NCBI GenBank assembly: GCA_965227275.1
Contig: CBDDFU010000001.1
Location: forward strand, 4,439,928-4,471,927
From: Pirellulales bacterium
GTDB taxonomy: Bacteria > Planctomycetota > Planctomycetia > Pirellulales > JAEUIK01
DNA length: 32,000 nucleotides
Reading direction: 5' to 3'
Position 1 is the first letter of the stretch; the number at the start of each line of letters is the position of its first letter. The notes beneath the pieces were generated by a model. That model saw only the letters and a list, made by a program, of their open reading frames with translations, did no database searches and was not told the origin of the DNA. The position numbers and the translations under genes are program-made. Shown piece by piece: positions 16,953 through 27,841 of the stretch.

Positions 16953-18842
16953 CTAGGTGGTCGCCGCGGCATGAGCCTCTTGCTGCCCTTTTTTGAAATC
17001 GAGTTTGTAGATCAAGGCCCCACCAATCAGCAGGAACGCTAGCAGACTGAGGATCGCCAGGCGGGGGCTGCCGGTTTGAATTTGAACGTTGGTATAGACG
17101 ATGGGGCCCAGGAAACTGGTGGCCTTGCCCGAGAAATTGTAGAAGCCGAAGAACTCGGCCGTATAAGCCTTGGGGGTCATCGAGGCCATCACCGCTCGAC
17201 TGACCGACTGGGTTCCCCCCATGACTATCGCCAGCACAACCCCCATCATCCAGAATTGCCACTTTGCATTGATGAAGTAGGCACAGCACAGCAGCACAAT
17301 CCAGATGGCCAGGCACAGCTTGAGCGTTTGATGCTGCCCCATGCGATCGGAGAGAAAACCGATGAGCAGCGCGCCGGGGATGGCCAAAAACTGGATCATC
17401 AACACCACACCCGTCAGCTCTTGGGTGGACATGCTGAGCATATCGATCGCGAACTGTGAAGCCTGGCTGATAACGGTCTGGATGCCATCGTTGTAAACCA
17501 GAAAGCCGATCAGGAAGATCGATAGCGTTCGGTAAAGCCGAACTTTGCTCAGGGTTGAGACGACCTTGCCCACACCCAGCTTGGCGGTGGCGGTCCAGCT
17601 AAGCGAACGGACCGAGCCGGGCGTTTCTGCTTCCAACTTCTGCGCCGAGTGGCCGCGATCTCGCAGGATGAAAACGATGGGCAGGCTGAAGAAGCCCCAC
17701 CACAAGCCCATCATCACGATGCTGATGCGAAGTCGAATTGGCGTCACCGCGTCGTGGTGCTTGACGTCGCCCGATTTCCAACCGTACACGTGCTTTTCGG
17801 GCACGGGTGCGGAAGCTGTTTGCTTTTCGGGATCCTCCGCCGAGACGGACTTCACTCGTTTGGCGTACTCGCGGGACTCGAACGCATCGTCTTTGGTGAC
17901 CCAGGCGTAGCCTTCTGCTGTAGCAGAACCGGCCGTGCCAAAGTCGAATGCGGCGACGGTTTCTTCGCCGCCGGAGGTGAGTATCTCCAATGCGTTGATG
18001 GCGACCGGCGAATCGCCTTCTGCTGTGCTTTCCAGATCGAGCGTCAGCTCTCCATCGCTAACTTCTACATCGTAGCTACGCGATTCAAATTCGCCGGACG
18101 CGGTATCGAGAACATCGCGTTGCTCACTTTCCAGCGAGACTGCCATCCCGCTACGTGCGCCGGCCGCGTCACCCAGGGTGATGTTCACCCGGTAGGTGTC
18201 ATTGGGTAACTCCGTGGCGAAGGTGCCCTTGCTGGTTGCGTTGTAATCGCTGCGCAGTTCTGCATGTGGTTTCTCAACATTGGGTAGCCCAATGCTTCCA
18301 CCATACGTGATGATACATAGGGCCAGAATGAGGGGGATCGCACCCCCTATATAACCCAAGGCGAAACCCCACGCCGAGATGCGGTTGACGGTGTCTTCGG
18401 TGGAGATTTCCGGCAGGAACGCATTGTAAAAACCTAGCGATAGTTCGAAGCAGACGCTCATCAGCACGAACGCCGCCACAATGGCGACTGAGTTGCTGGG
18501 CGGCAATGCTCCCATCACAACCGCCAGCGTGGCACCGCCCAGCGCCATGGTCGATAGCCAGCGATGCTTGGTGGCACGAGCGTCGGCGATCGCACCGACA
18601 ATGGGGGAAAGGATCGCCGCGAACAGCATCGAGAGACCGATCCCGTAGCCGTAGGCGCGGGTGCCCGCATCGCCGGGCAGCACGACGTACTTCAGATAGC
18701 CGACGATGATGGTAATCAGAATCGTCGAGTAGGCACTATTGGCCCAATCGTAGGTGGTCCAGGCGAAGACTTCGCGTGAAGTGGCGCCGCTCTCTTCGGG
18801 CGGTTTGTCGCTACCCGCTGCCTGGGGCGATGGATCGTTCAA
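16953..18842 (-). CDS. MFS transporter, UMF1 (Atg22-like) family, with a large inserted loop domain
   Basis: 629 aa. The UMF1-type N-terminal motif FAWTTYDWANSAYSTI is present, and about 12 hydrophobic segments are visible by eye. A ~185 aa hydrophilic insertion (residues ~185-368) separates the predicted TM5 and TM6. The start is a TTG at 18842 with no nearby ATG, so the 5' end is uncertain. Confidence 0.8.
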   Translation of the reverse strand: MNDPSPQAAGSDKPPEESGATSREVFAWTTYDWANSAYSTILITIIVGYLKYVVLPGDAGTRAYGYGIGLSMLFAAILSPIVGAIADARATKHRWLSTMALGGATLAVVMGALPPSNSVAIVAAFVLMSVCFELSLGFYNAFLPEISTEDTVNRISAWGFALGYIGGAIPLILALCIITYGGSIGLPNVEKPHAELRSDYNATSKGTFATELPNDTYRVNITLGDAAGARSGMAVSLESEQRDVLDTASGEFESRSYDVEVSDGELTLDLESTAEGDSPVAINALEILTSGGEETVAAFDFGTAGSATAEGYAWVTKDDAFESREYAKRVKSVSAEDPEKQTASAPVPEKHVYGWKSGDVKHHDAVTPIRLRISIVMMGLWWGFFSLPIVFILRDRGHSAQKLEAETPGSVRSLSWTATAKLGVGKVVSTLSKVRLYRTLSIFLIGFLVYNDGIQTVISQASQFAIDMLSMSTQELTGVVLMIQFLAIPGALLIGFLSDRMGQHQTLKLCLAIWIVLLCCAYFINAKWQFWMMGVVLAIVMGGTQSVSRAVMASMTPKAYTAEFFGFYNFSGKATSFLGPIVYTNVQIQTGSPRLAILSLLAFLLIGGALIYKLDFKKGQQEAHAAATT

Positions 18843-18963
18843 GCTCTTGCGGCCTCAACCGACAGTGGGGAGAGAACTTTTCGGTTCGGGCCGCATTATC
18901 GAGAAGCAGACACATCGAAACAAGACGAACTCGTGCCGCACCCTGCGAATCGTGCAGTGAGTT

Positions 18964-20298
<1,335 letters not shown>

Positions 20299-20512
20299 TT
20301 ACATACCTTCCGTGGTCCGCCGGGATGCTAGTGCCAAAAAGAGTCGGTCGGCCGCGGTCAAGAACAAGAAACCTGATTGGGAGTCAGAAACACGCATCGC
20401 CACCGGGCGAAACGCCTGCGCGTTATCGTAGCGGTGAGCCCTATCTTGTCAAACCGACGCCTCTTGAGTTGTCTAAGATGAGCAAGCAGAACCCGCCAAT
20501 GGAGACCAATAA

Positions 20513-20546
20513 AAACACCCCCGAGACGTCAGCCGCGGGGGTGTTT
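20513..20546 (-). terminator. Intrinsic terminator after the cytochrome c gene (structure is symmetric and could act on both strands)
   Basis: 11-bp perfect stem: aaacacccccg (20513-20523) pairs with cgggggtgttt (20536-20546), 12-nt loop. On the minus strand the GC core is followed by TTTTTATT. It lies 50 nt downstream of the minus-strand stop at 20597. Confidence 0.75.
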
Positions 20547-20596
20547 GAGTTTTCAGTTGGCTTAGCCTAATGCGCAGTTGTTAGCTGGAGTTGATC

Positions 20597-21970
20597 TTAG
20601 AGTGTCTTCAGGTATTCGAGCACCGCGACCTTCTGATCTTCGGTCAATTGATTGGGATACAGGTGCCCGTCGGCGCTTTTGGCGAACATGCGGGTATTGA
20701 AGTACTGCCGCCGTACGACACCGCTGTTAACGCTATCGGGCAGATCTTCGAACTCGGCCACTTCAAGGCCCACGCGTTGGGTATCGTAGCCGTCCTCGGT
20801 GCGCTTCCACACGACGGGGCGTTCTTCGGGATTCAACATGTGCCAGAGTGTGGGCACCGAGCCATTGTGTAGGTAGGGAGCGGTCGCCCAAATACCGTTG
20901 AGCGGTTGGGCCACATACCCGCCCGGATCGTGAATCGACTTCTTCTCACCGTAATTCGAGAACCAGCCCATTTCGTAGCCGGCTCGCATAACCGGGGTGA
21001 GCGAATCGAGTCGGGCGCGGTTGGTGCCAATGTCTTCAAGCGGCACAATCACCTCGGGCCATTCCTGGTTTTCGCCATAGGTCCCGTGGCAATCGGCACA
21101 ATTGTTGTTGAATGCGATCTCGCCCTTCTTAGCTAAGGCTTCGTCGATCTCAAACGGATAGGCGGGTACCTCCAAGTTTTGGACCCATTCGTAAATCTCG
21201 CGGAAATCATCCTCGGCTTCGTGGAATTCTTCCGGGCCATTGCTGGGTGTCATCATGAATTGCATCAGGGAGCGGTGCCCCTTGCCGGCGAATCCGTCGG
21301 AGTAGAGGAAGTTCTTCAACTTCACGTTCCACCACGGGGGGGCATCGTGATCGTTGTGTACCAGCTTGGGTAGCTTTTTGTTGACGTCGACGTTGAGGTC
21401 GAGATCTCGATACGAAGCCAGGACCACGCCAAAGATGATGGCGTTCGTGGTGCCGTTCGATTTACCCAAGGGAATGAAGGACAATCCGGCCGACTCGAAC
21501 GCCGAGACCTCGCGCCCCAGGATCTTCTTCGTCTTCAGCGAATCCAAGGCGAGCGTTTCCAGGGCGATGTGCGTGTTTGGCAAACCGGGAATCACTTCAC
21601 CGGCTACTTTGCCACCGTGACACGAGAAGCAGTTGGTCGACCAACCATTGGTACCATCGGTAGCGTACTGCAGCGGTGCCCCGCCTTCTCGCCCGGGGGC
21701 CTCCGTCAAACCGTACCGAGAGAGCGTCATCTTTCTTCGCTCCTCGGGCGTCGCAGCTTCGGCCTCGGCACGAAGTGGTTCCTCCCACGATTGCCAAAGA
21801 TTCTCGAACAGCTCCTGATCCATATCGGGCGGCGTGAATTGCCGTCCGATCAGCAATTGGTATCCGCGCTGCTCTTCCCAAGGCTTGGACTCGTCGCTCT
21901 TTTCGGCTGCCCGCACCGTGCCAATCAGCCCTATCAATAACGCCAGGGTGATTCCGATGGATCGACGCAT
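20597..21970 (-). CDS. Secreted di-haem cytochrome c (cytochrome c peroxidase/MauG-like family)
   Basis: Two CxxCH haem motifs (CFSCHGG and CADCHGT), and APYLHNGSVPTL resembling the CCP-family motif. I prefer the ATG at 21970 (ggagaa upstream; signal peptide MRRSIGITLALLIGLIGTVRAAE) to the ORF-track start at 22039. Confidence 0.8.
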   Translation of the reverse strand: MRRSIGITLALLIGLIGTVRAAEKSDESKPWEEQRGYQLLIGRQFTPPDMDQELFENLWQSWEEPLRAEAEAATPEERRKMTLSRYGLTEAPGREGGAPLQYATDGTNGWSTNCFSCHGGKVAGEVIPGLPNTHIALETLALDSLKTKKILGREVSAFESAGLSFIPLGKSNGTTNAIIFGVVLASYRDLDLNVDVNKKLPKLVHNDHDAPPWWNVKLKNFLYSDGFAGKGHRSLMQFMMTPSNGPEEFHEAEDDFREIYEWVQNLEVPAYPFEIDEALAKKGEIAFNNNCADCHGTYGENQEWPEVIVPLEDIGTNRARLDSLTPVMRAGYEMGWFSNYGEKKSIHDPGGYVAQPLNGIWATAPYLHNGSVPTLWHMLNPEERPVVWKRTEDGYDTQRVGLEVAEFEDLPDSVNSGVVRRQYFNTRMFAKSADGHLYPNQLTEDQKVAVLEYLKTL

Positions 21971-22240
21971 GAAAGGTTCTCCGCGATTACGTGCCAGGCG
22001 ACTGCAAGCATGTGAAGCCTGAGGCCACCGTTTCTCCATGTTCTTCGGGCGTCAGCCTTCGATTGCTGAGCATGACCGCAGGTTTCTGGTCGCCCGCCTA
22101 ATCATTAGTAAGCTAACGGAGATTGAGTATACGGGAATTCGGCCGGGGATACAAAGGAATTTTGGTGCGGCTCAAACCCCCGACCGTAGGGGCCGTCCCT
22201 GGGAACCATGATAGCCTCGCGAGCGATGGGGCCCCAGGAA

Positions 22241-25200
22241 TTAGTCCTTGGGGTCGTAGCTCAAAACGGGAGCGAGCCAGCGTTCGACTTCCTTTAAAGG
22301 CATCCCTTTGCGTTGGGCGTAGCTTTCAACCTGATCCCGACTGACATGATGCACGGCAAAGTAACGTGCATCGGGGTGAGCGAAGTACAAACCACTTACC
22401 GATGCCGCGGGGCTCATGGCATACGACTCGGTGAGGTGAATTCCCGTTTCCTGCTCGGCGTTCATTAGGTCGAAGATCAACGGTTTTTCCGTGTGATCGG
22501 GACAGGCAGGATAACCTGGGGCTGGCCGAATGCCCCGATATTTCTCCGCGATCAAATCTTCGTTGGTAAGCGATTCCTCGGCGCCGTAGCCCCAGTCTTC
22601 ACGAGCTATCTTGTGCAACCGCTCGGCAAACGCTTCGGCCAGCCGATCGGCCAGCGCCTTAACCATGATCGAATTGTAGTCGTCGTGGTCCGCGTCGTAC
22701 TTCCGAACGAGTTCGTCGCAGCCGATTCCGGTCGTGACGGCAAACGCACCGATGTAGTCTTTGCGACCGCTGTCGAGCGGGGCGATGTAGTCTGCCAGGG
22801 CGTGGTAATGCTTGACCCCTTTACGTTCCCATTGCTGGCGAAGGGTGTGCAGACGCGTGAGCTCCTCGGTGCGATTATCGTCCGTATACAGGACAATATC
22901 GTCGTCCATCGTAGCGGCAGGCCAGAACCCATAGACTGCCTTGGCACGCAGTCGATTTTCATCGACGATCCGCTGCAACAGCTTCGTCGCGTCGTCGTAT
23001 AGCTTGCGTGCTTCGGGCCCGATGGTTTCGTGCTCGAAGATTTTCGGGTACTTCCCTTTCAACTCCCAGGCCATAAAGAAGGGGGACCAGTCGATGTACT
23101 CGACCAGCTCTTCCAGCGGGTAGTTGTCGAGAACGCGCGTGCCGAGAAAGCTTGGGGTGTCGATGCGGACCGTGGCCCAATCCGTGGGAAACCGATTCTC
23201 TCGGGCCTGGCGATAAGAAACCAGCTTGACTTGTTGTCGGCGATTGAACGTTTCAACCAGCTTCGCCTGCTCGGCGCGATAGTTCTCTGCGAACGCATCG
23301 CGCGTCTTCGGTTGAATCAACTGATCGACGACCCCGACGCTTCGCGATGCGTCCAACACATGTACCGTGGGTTGATCGTACGAGGGCGCAATCTTGACGG
23401 CCGTGTGCTTGGCACTGGTGGTTGCTCCGCCAATGAGCAGAGGAACCTTCAGGCCGCAACGCTGCATTTCGTTCGCTACGTGCACCATCTCATCGAGACT
23501 GGGGGTAATCAGGCCGGAAAGGCCGATCATATCGACCCCTAGCTCGACGGCTTTCTCAAGGATTTTCTCGGCCGGGACCATGACGCCCAGGTCGATGATC
23601 TCGTAATTGTTGCAGCCAAGCACCACCCCCACGATGTTCTTACCGATATCGTGGACATCGCCTTTCACCGTGGCCAGAAGAATCTTCCCTCGGGCGGCCG
23701 CTGCTTCGCCGGAAGCCTCCTTTTCGGCCTCCATGAATGGCAGTAGGTACGCAACCGACTTCTTCATCACGCGGGCGCTTTTCACCACCTGCGGGAGAAA
23801 CATCTTGCCGGCCCCGAACAAGTCGCCGACGACCGACATGCCGTCCATCAAGGGGCCTTCAATCACTTCCAACGATGTGTCGAATTTCTGGCGGGCTTCC
23901 TCCGTGTCTTCGTCGATAAAATCGACGATGCCGTGAATCAACGCGTGCGAGAGCCGCTTTTCGACGGGGGCTTCGCGCCAAGTGAGATCGACTTCCTTGC
24001 GCTTGCCCTCGCCTTTAACGGTTTCGGCGAACTCAACCAATCGTTCGGTGGCATCTGGGCGGCGATTGAACAAAACGTCTTCGATACGTTCGAGCAAGTC
24101 CGCGGGAATATCTTCGTAGATGCTCAACTGCCCTGCATTGACGATCCCCATGTCGAGACCGGCCTTGATGGCGTGATACAGAAACGCCGCATGGATGGCC
24201 TCGCGTAGCACCTCGTTCCCCCGGAATGAGAAAGAGACATTGCTCACACCGCCCGAGACTTTGGCCCCCGGGCAGGTCGCTTTGATTTGCGCAGTCGCTT
24301 CGATGAACGAAACGGCGTAATCGTTGTGTTCTTCGATGCCCGTGGCGACGGTGAGGATATTGGGATCGAAGATGATGTCGGTCGGGTCCATGCCGACCTC
24401 TTCGGTGAGCAGCTTGTAGGCTCTTTGGCAGATGCTCACCTTGTGATCCGTCGTGACGGCCTGCCCGGTCTCGTCGAACGCCATGACCACCACGGCCGCA
24501 CCATAGCGGTGCACCATCTTGCCCTTTTGCAGGAAGTCTTCTTCACCTTCCTTCAGGCTGATTGAATTGACGATGGCCTTACCCTGCACGCATTTCAAAC
24601 CGGCCTCGAGCACCGACCATTTCGAACTATCGATCATGATCGGAATTCGACAGATCTCGGGCTCGGAGGCGATCAGGTTCAAGAACCTGGTCATGGCCAA
24701 CTCGCTGTCGAGCATGCCCTCGTCCATGTTCACGTCGAGGATGTTGGCGCCGCCTTCGACTTGCTCTTTGGCTACGGCCAGGGCGTCGTCGTATTGTTCA
24801 TCGCGAATCAAGCGGGCAAAACGCTTTGAGCCGGCCACGTTGGTTCGCTCGCCGATCATGACGAACGTTGTTTCCGGTCGAACGGTGAGCGGCTCCAGCC
24901 CGCTGAATCGCGAGTACGATTCCAGCTTGGGGATCGAGCGCGGATTTTTGCCTTGCACTGCCCCGGCGATCGCCGCGATATGTGCAGGCGTGGTGCCGCA
25001 ACAACCACCCACGATGTTCAGCCAACCGTTTTCGGCGAACTCGCCCAGCACCTTGGCCATTTGCTCCGGGGTTTCGTCGTAGCCGCCAAACTCGTTGGGC
25101 AACCCGGCATTGGGGTGACAACTGACATAGACGGGGGCAATGTGCGATAGTTCTTCGACATAGGGTCGCATCATTTCCGGACCCAACGCACAATTCAAAC

Positions 25201-25945
25201 CCACGCTGAGCAAGTTGGCATGCGAGATGGAATTCCAGAAGGCTTCCAGCGTTTGTCCTGAAAGTGTCCGCCCACTGCGGTCGGTGATGGTGGCAGAAAC
25301 CATCACGGGCAAGCGAAGATGCTGATCTTCGAAGAATTGCTCGATCGCGAACAAGCAAGCCTTCATGTTGAGCGTGTCGAAGCTGGTCTCAGGGAAGAGC
25401 AGGTCGACGCCGCCTTCCACCAAGGCCGCGATTTGTTCGTAGTAGGAGACGACAAGTTCATCGAAGGTGACAAGTCGCTTCCCCGGATCGTTGACGTCGG
25501 GAGACAGCGACGCCGTGCGATTGGTCGGCCCAATCGAACCCGCAACGAAACGGGGTCGCTCGGGGTCTTTGGCAGACACTTCGTCAGCAGCCCTTCGGGC
25601 ACACTGCGCAGCAGCCAGATTGATGGCGCGGACCTGTGGTTGCAGGTCGTAGTCGGCCATCGAGATGCTGGTCGAGTTGAAGGTGTTGGTCTCGACAATG
25701 TCCGCCCCAGCTTCAAGGTATTCGCGATGAATCCGCTGGATCGTCTCGGCCTGCGTGATCGCCAGCAAATCGTTGCAGCCGTTCAGTGCTTTCGGGTGGT
25801 CGGCAAACTGCTCGCCTCGGAAATCGTCTTCCTTGAACTTGCAAGCCTGAATCATGGTTCCCATCCCTCCGTCGAGGACCATGATGCGCTGTTGCAAGAC
25901 CGATTGAATCAGCCAGGTGGTATCAACCCGCTCGGCAAGAGACAT
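22241..25945 (-). CDS. metH: Cobalamin-dependent methionine synthase MetH
   Basis: Full four-module architecture: Hcy-binding N-terminus (VLDGGMGT...GGCCGTTP), pterin-binding module, B12-binding DxHxxG ([11 protein letters not shown]) and the C-terminal AdoMet-activation domain. I prefer the ATG at 25945 (MSLAERV...) to the start at 26029. Confidence 0.97.
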   Translation of the reverse strand: MSLAERVDTTWLIQSVLQQRIMVLDGGMGTMIQACKFKEDDFRGEQFADHPKALNGCNDLLAITQAETIQRIHREYLEAGADIVETNTFNSTSISMADYDLQPQVRAINLAAAQCARRAADEVSAKDPERPRFVAGSIGPTNRTASLSPDVNDPGKRLVTFDELVVSYYEQIAALVEGGVDLLFPETSFDTLNMKACLFAIEQFFEDQHLRLPVMVSATITDRSGRTLSGQTLEAFWNSISHANLLSVGLNCALGPEMMRPYVEELSHIAPVYVSCHPNAGLPNEFGGYDETPEQMAKVLGEFAENGWLNIVGGCCGTTPAHIAAIAGAVQGKNPRSIPKLESYSRFSGLEPLTVRPETTFVMIGERTNVAGSKRFARLIRDEQYDDALAVAKEQVEGGANILDVNMDEGMLDSELAMTRFLNLIASEPEICRIPIMIDSSKWSVLEAGLKCVQGKAIVNSISLKEGEEDFLQKGKMVHRYGAAVVVMAFDETGQAVTTDHKVSICQRAYKLLTEEVGMDPTDIIFDPNILTVATGIEEHNDYAVSFIEATAQIKATCPGAKVSGGVSNVSFSFRGNEVLREAIHAAFLYHAIKAGLDMGIVNAGQLSIYEDIPADLLERIEDVLFNRRPDATERLVEFAETVKGEGKRKEVDLTWREAPVEKRLSHALIHGIVDFIDEDTEEARQKFDTSLEVIEGPLMDGMSVVGDLFGAGKMFLPQVVKSARVMKKSVAYLLPFMEAEKEASGEAAAARGKILLATVKGDVHDIGKNIVGVVLGCNNYEIIDLGVMVPAEKILEKAVELGVDMIGLSGLITPSLDEMVHVANEMQRCGLKVPLLIGGATTSAKHTAVKIAPSYDQPTVHVLDASRSVGVVDQLIQPKTRDAFAENYRAEQAKLVETFNRRQQVKLVSYRQARENRFPTDWATVRIDTPSFLGTRVLDNYPLEELVEYIDWSPFFMAWELKGKYPKIFEHETIGPEARKLYDDATKLLQRIVDENRLRAKAVYGFWPAATMDDDIVLYTDDNRTEELTRLHTLRQQWERKGVKHYHALADYIAPLDSGRKDYIGAFAVTTGIGCDELVRKYDADHDDYNSIMVKALADRLAEAFAERLHKIAREDWGYGAEESLTNEDLIAEKYRGIRPAPGYPACPDHTEKPLIFDLMNAEQETGIHLTESYAMSPAASVSGLYFAHPDARYFAVHHVSRDQVESYAQRKGMPLKEVERWLAPVLSYDPKD

Positions 25946-26431
25946 GAACCGACTCCGAAGCTTGGTTTTGGTGGTCGTAGTTTGCGTCCCGATAGAACGA
26001 CTTCCTGGAGGCTGCAAGCCCGGCCCCATTCCATGTTAGGGTCCGAGTCAATCTACTTGCACGACGGTGCGGTGCTTTTGCCGACAACCGGACTCTCTCG
26101 GGAATTGCATGCTGACTACTAGAACCGATGGTATGGAAACCGTCTGGGTTCAGAGTATGGCAGAATCAAAAAAACGCATCAAGGTCGCAACCCCTTAACA
26201 GCAAGCAACTTATCGACAAGAGGCTCCCGCCTGCAGATCGCTCGGGCTGGTGCCCCAATCTGCCATCACAGACGGCACGACTTGAGCAATGCTCAAGATC
26301 GCTAAAACCCGGACCGATATCAGCATACAACTCTTGGTCCTCGGTGTGCGCGTCAAAAGGCAATCCCAGAGCTTTCTGTTGCCCCAGGCTCGTACCGCTT
26401 CGTTCAACTTCCTTCGTAATCAGGCAGACGC

Positions 26432-27841
26432 ATGAAGAACGCGGTCGAAAAATGGGAACGTCTTGGCGTAGCGCCCCCACGTGATGAGCTTCAAGTCGCG
26501 GCCGTCGGGCTGTCGGCAGCGCGCTCCGCAGCACCCGAACGCACCACGGTCAATCAGGCGGTGGGTCAAGCCGTGACAGCAGACCCGTTGATGTCCTCGC
26601 CGGTCGAGGCTCCGCCGATCATCGCAGCCGAAACAGAGGCCCAGAAACCAGAAATACAAAAGCACTTCCGCGTCGAAGCTGCCCATACGACAGCACCGTC
26701 CGTTGAACGATCCGAGGAGACTTCCTCGCCTGCGGTCCCGGGCAGTGCGAAGCCCTCGCAACTCAGTCAACGTATGCAACGGGTACAAGAAACCTGTGCC
26801 CGGCTTCTACCCATCAAAGGTCGCTCTAGTAAGGAAGAAACGACCAGTACGGCTGGCTGGGTGATGAAGTTACTATTCCACCCCGAGGCCGTGGTAGTGC
26901 TGCTACTCATCGTTGCCTGCTTCCTGGCAATCGTAATTCTCGATCCTGGCGAGCCCGAAGAAGCAGAATTGGCGGTTGCCCCACCAGCGGAACAGAAAGC
27001 TCCCGAAGCGACGACACCCGCCCTCGAGGCGCCCGTTGCGGAGTCGATGTTGCCGGCGGTTCAAGCCGCTCCGGTCGTTCCACAGCCGGCGGCGAGCCCT
27101 GTGGCTGAAGCCACTCCGGATAGCGCGGTCGGGACTCCGGTTGCGGAAGTCCCTGTCGTGGAAGCTCCCTTGGCCGAGGCTCCGGTCGTTTCTGAACCGG
27201 TAGCCCAGTCGCCTCCGCCCTCGAGTGCCACGCCGGTGGCTCCTCCTGCTGGCGAGGCTGTTCCTCAGGTTGCACAGGCCATGCCCCCGGTTGCACAACC
27301 GCAGTCGCCGGCACCTTCGACAGCCGAGTTGACCGTTACCGAAGCGGTAACGCCGCCGGTTCAAAATCCTACGGTGGTGACCATTTCGCCCCATGCGAAC
27401 ACCTATCCGATCACGCCAACTCCTCAAGGCCAGCAAAATGTGAGTGTGGCCCCGCAAGCATCGATGCCCCCTCAAGCAGCGACCAATATGCCGGCGGTAA
27501 TCGGCGGGCAAAACGCCGCTGCGGAACAGGCCAGTGTCTGGCCGCAGAGCGGAGCACCCATGTTCGAAGGACCGCCTTCCTCTGCAGGCACAATGAACGT
27601 AGCGCTGGGGCATCCGCAACCGAAGCGGATCCTCAATCACACCTATACTCCAGGTGCACCTGCGACGAGCATGCCGACGGCAAGTCCATCGGCCTATCCT
27701 CCGACGGTCTCTCCGGAACTGTATTGGCAACCTCAGCACGTCGCACAAAGACCTCCTCAGCCGCGGACCAATCCTGGTGCCGCGCAGTTGCAAGGAATTA
27801 TTCAGCAACCCCAGTCGGGAAACCTTCATGAGCACTACTGA
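26432..27841 (+). CDS. Single-pass membrane protein with a long Pro/Ala/Val-rich low-complexity C-terminal region
   Basis: 469-aa ORF with an ATG start. One clear hydrophobic segment (VVVLLLIVACFLAIVIL) is followed by ~300 aa rich in P/A/V/Q with loosely repeated PVAE/APV units. Its end overlaps the next gene by 14 nt. An internal start (e.g. MQRVQETC...) cannot be excluded. Confidence 0.55.
   Translation: MKNAVEKWERLGVAPPRDELQVAAVGLSAARSAAPERTTVNQAVGQAVTADPLMSSPVEAPPIIAAETEAQKPEIQKHFRVEAAHTTAPSVERSEETSSPAVPGSAKPSQLSQRMQRVQETCARLLPIKGRSSKEETTSTAGWVMKLLFHPEAVVVLLLIVACFLAIVILDPGEPEEAELAVAPPAEQKAPEATTPALEAPVAESMLPAVQAAPVVPQPAASPVAEATPDSAVGTPVAEVPVVEAPLAEAPVVSEPVAQSPPPSSATPVAPPAGEAVPQVAQAMPPVAQPQSPAPSTAELTVTEAVTPPVQNPTVVTISPHANTYPITPTPQGQQNVSVAPQASMPPQAATNMPAVIGGQNAAAEQASVWPQSGAPMFEGPPSSAGTMNVALGHPQPKRILNHTYTPGAPATSMPTASPSAYPPTVSPELYWQPQHVAQRPPQPRTNPGAAQLQGIIQQPQSGNLHEHY

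Noticed and set aside
21971-22039. N-terminal extensions given by the ORF track: this one for the cytochrome c gene, and likewise 25946-26029 (metH), 29343-29471 (efpL), 30015-30092 (acidic protein), 31220-31255 (proC), 27654-27827 (ParA-like), 9948-10037 (fhcB) and 3760-3816 (BNR)
   Set aside because: In each case an internal ATG gives the family-typical N-terminus or a signal peptide, often with an SD-like purine run 6-12 nt upstream. The extensions are basic or low-complexity and overlap upstream elements. This is a judgement call, not proof.
25319-26122. 267-aa plus-strand ORF overlapping the 5' part of metH
   Set aside because: It is antisense to the unmistakable Hcy-binding domain of MetH, and its product has no motif.
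25946-26130. Possible cobalamin, SAM or SAH riboswitch in the metH leader
   Set aside because: Reading the minus strand, I found no B12-box-like element (GCCACTG-type), no GGTG...AATCC core and no SAH-type pseudoknot signature. I cannot exclude one without cmsearch, but nothing supports it.
26950-27420. Repetitive-looking DNA (recurring gcc/ccg/gtt units) that could be mistaken for a tandem repeat or CRISPR-like array
   Set aside because: The repeats are short, imperfect and in-frame, with no unique spacers. They encode PVAE/APV low-complexity protein sequence.
26903-27835. 310-aa Arg-rich minus-strand ORF opposite the Pro/Ala-rich gene
   Set aside because: It is the reverse complement of GC-rich Pro/Ala codons (CCG/GCC read as CGG/GGC), which gives an artefactual R/G-rich frame. 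The plus frame has a clean TM helix and couples to the downstream gene.
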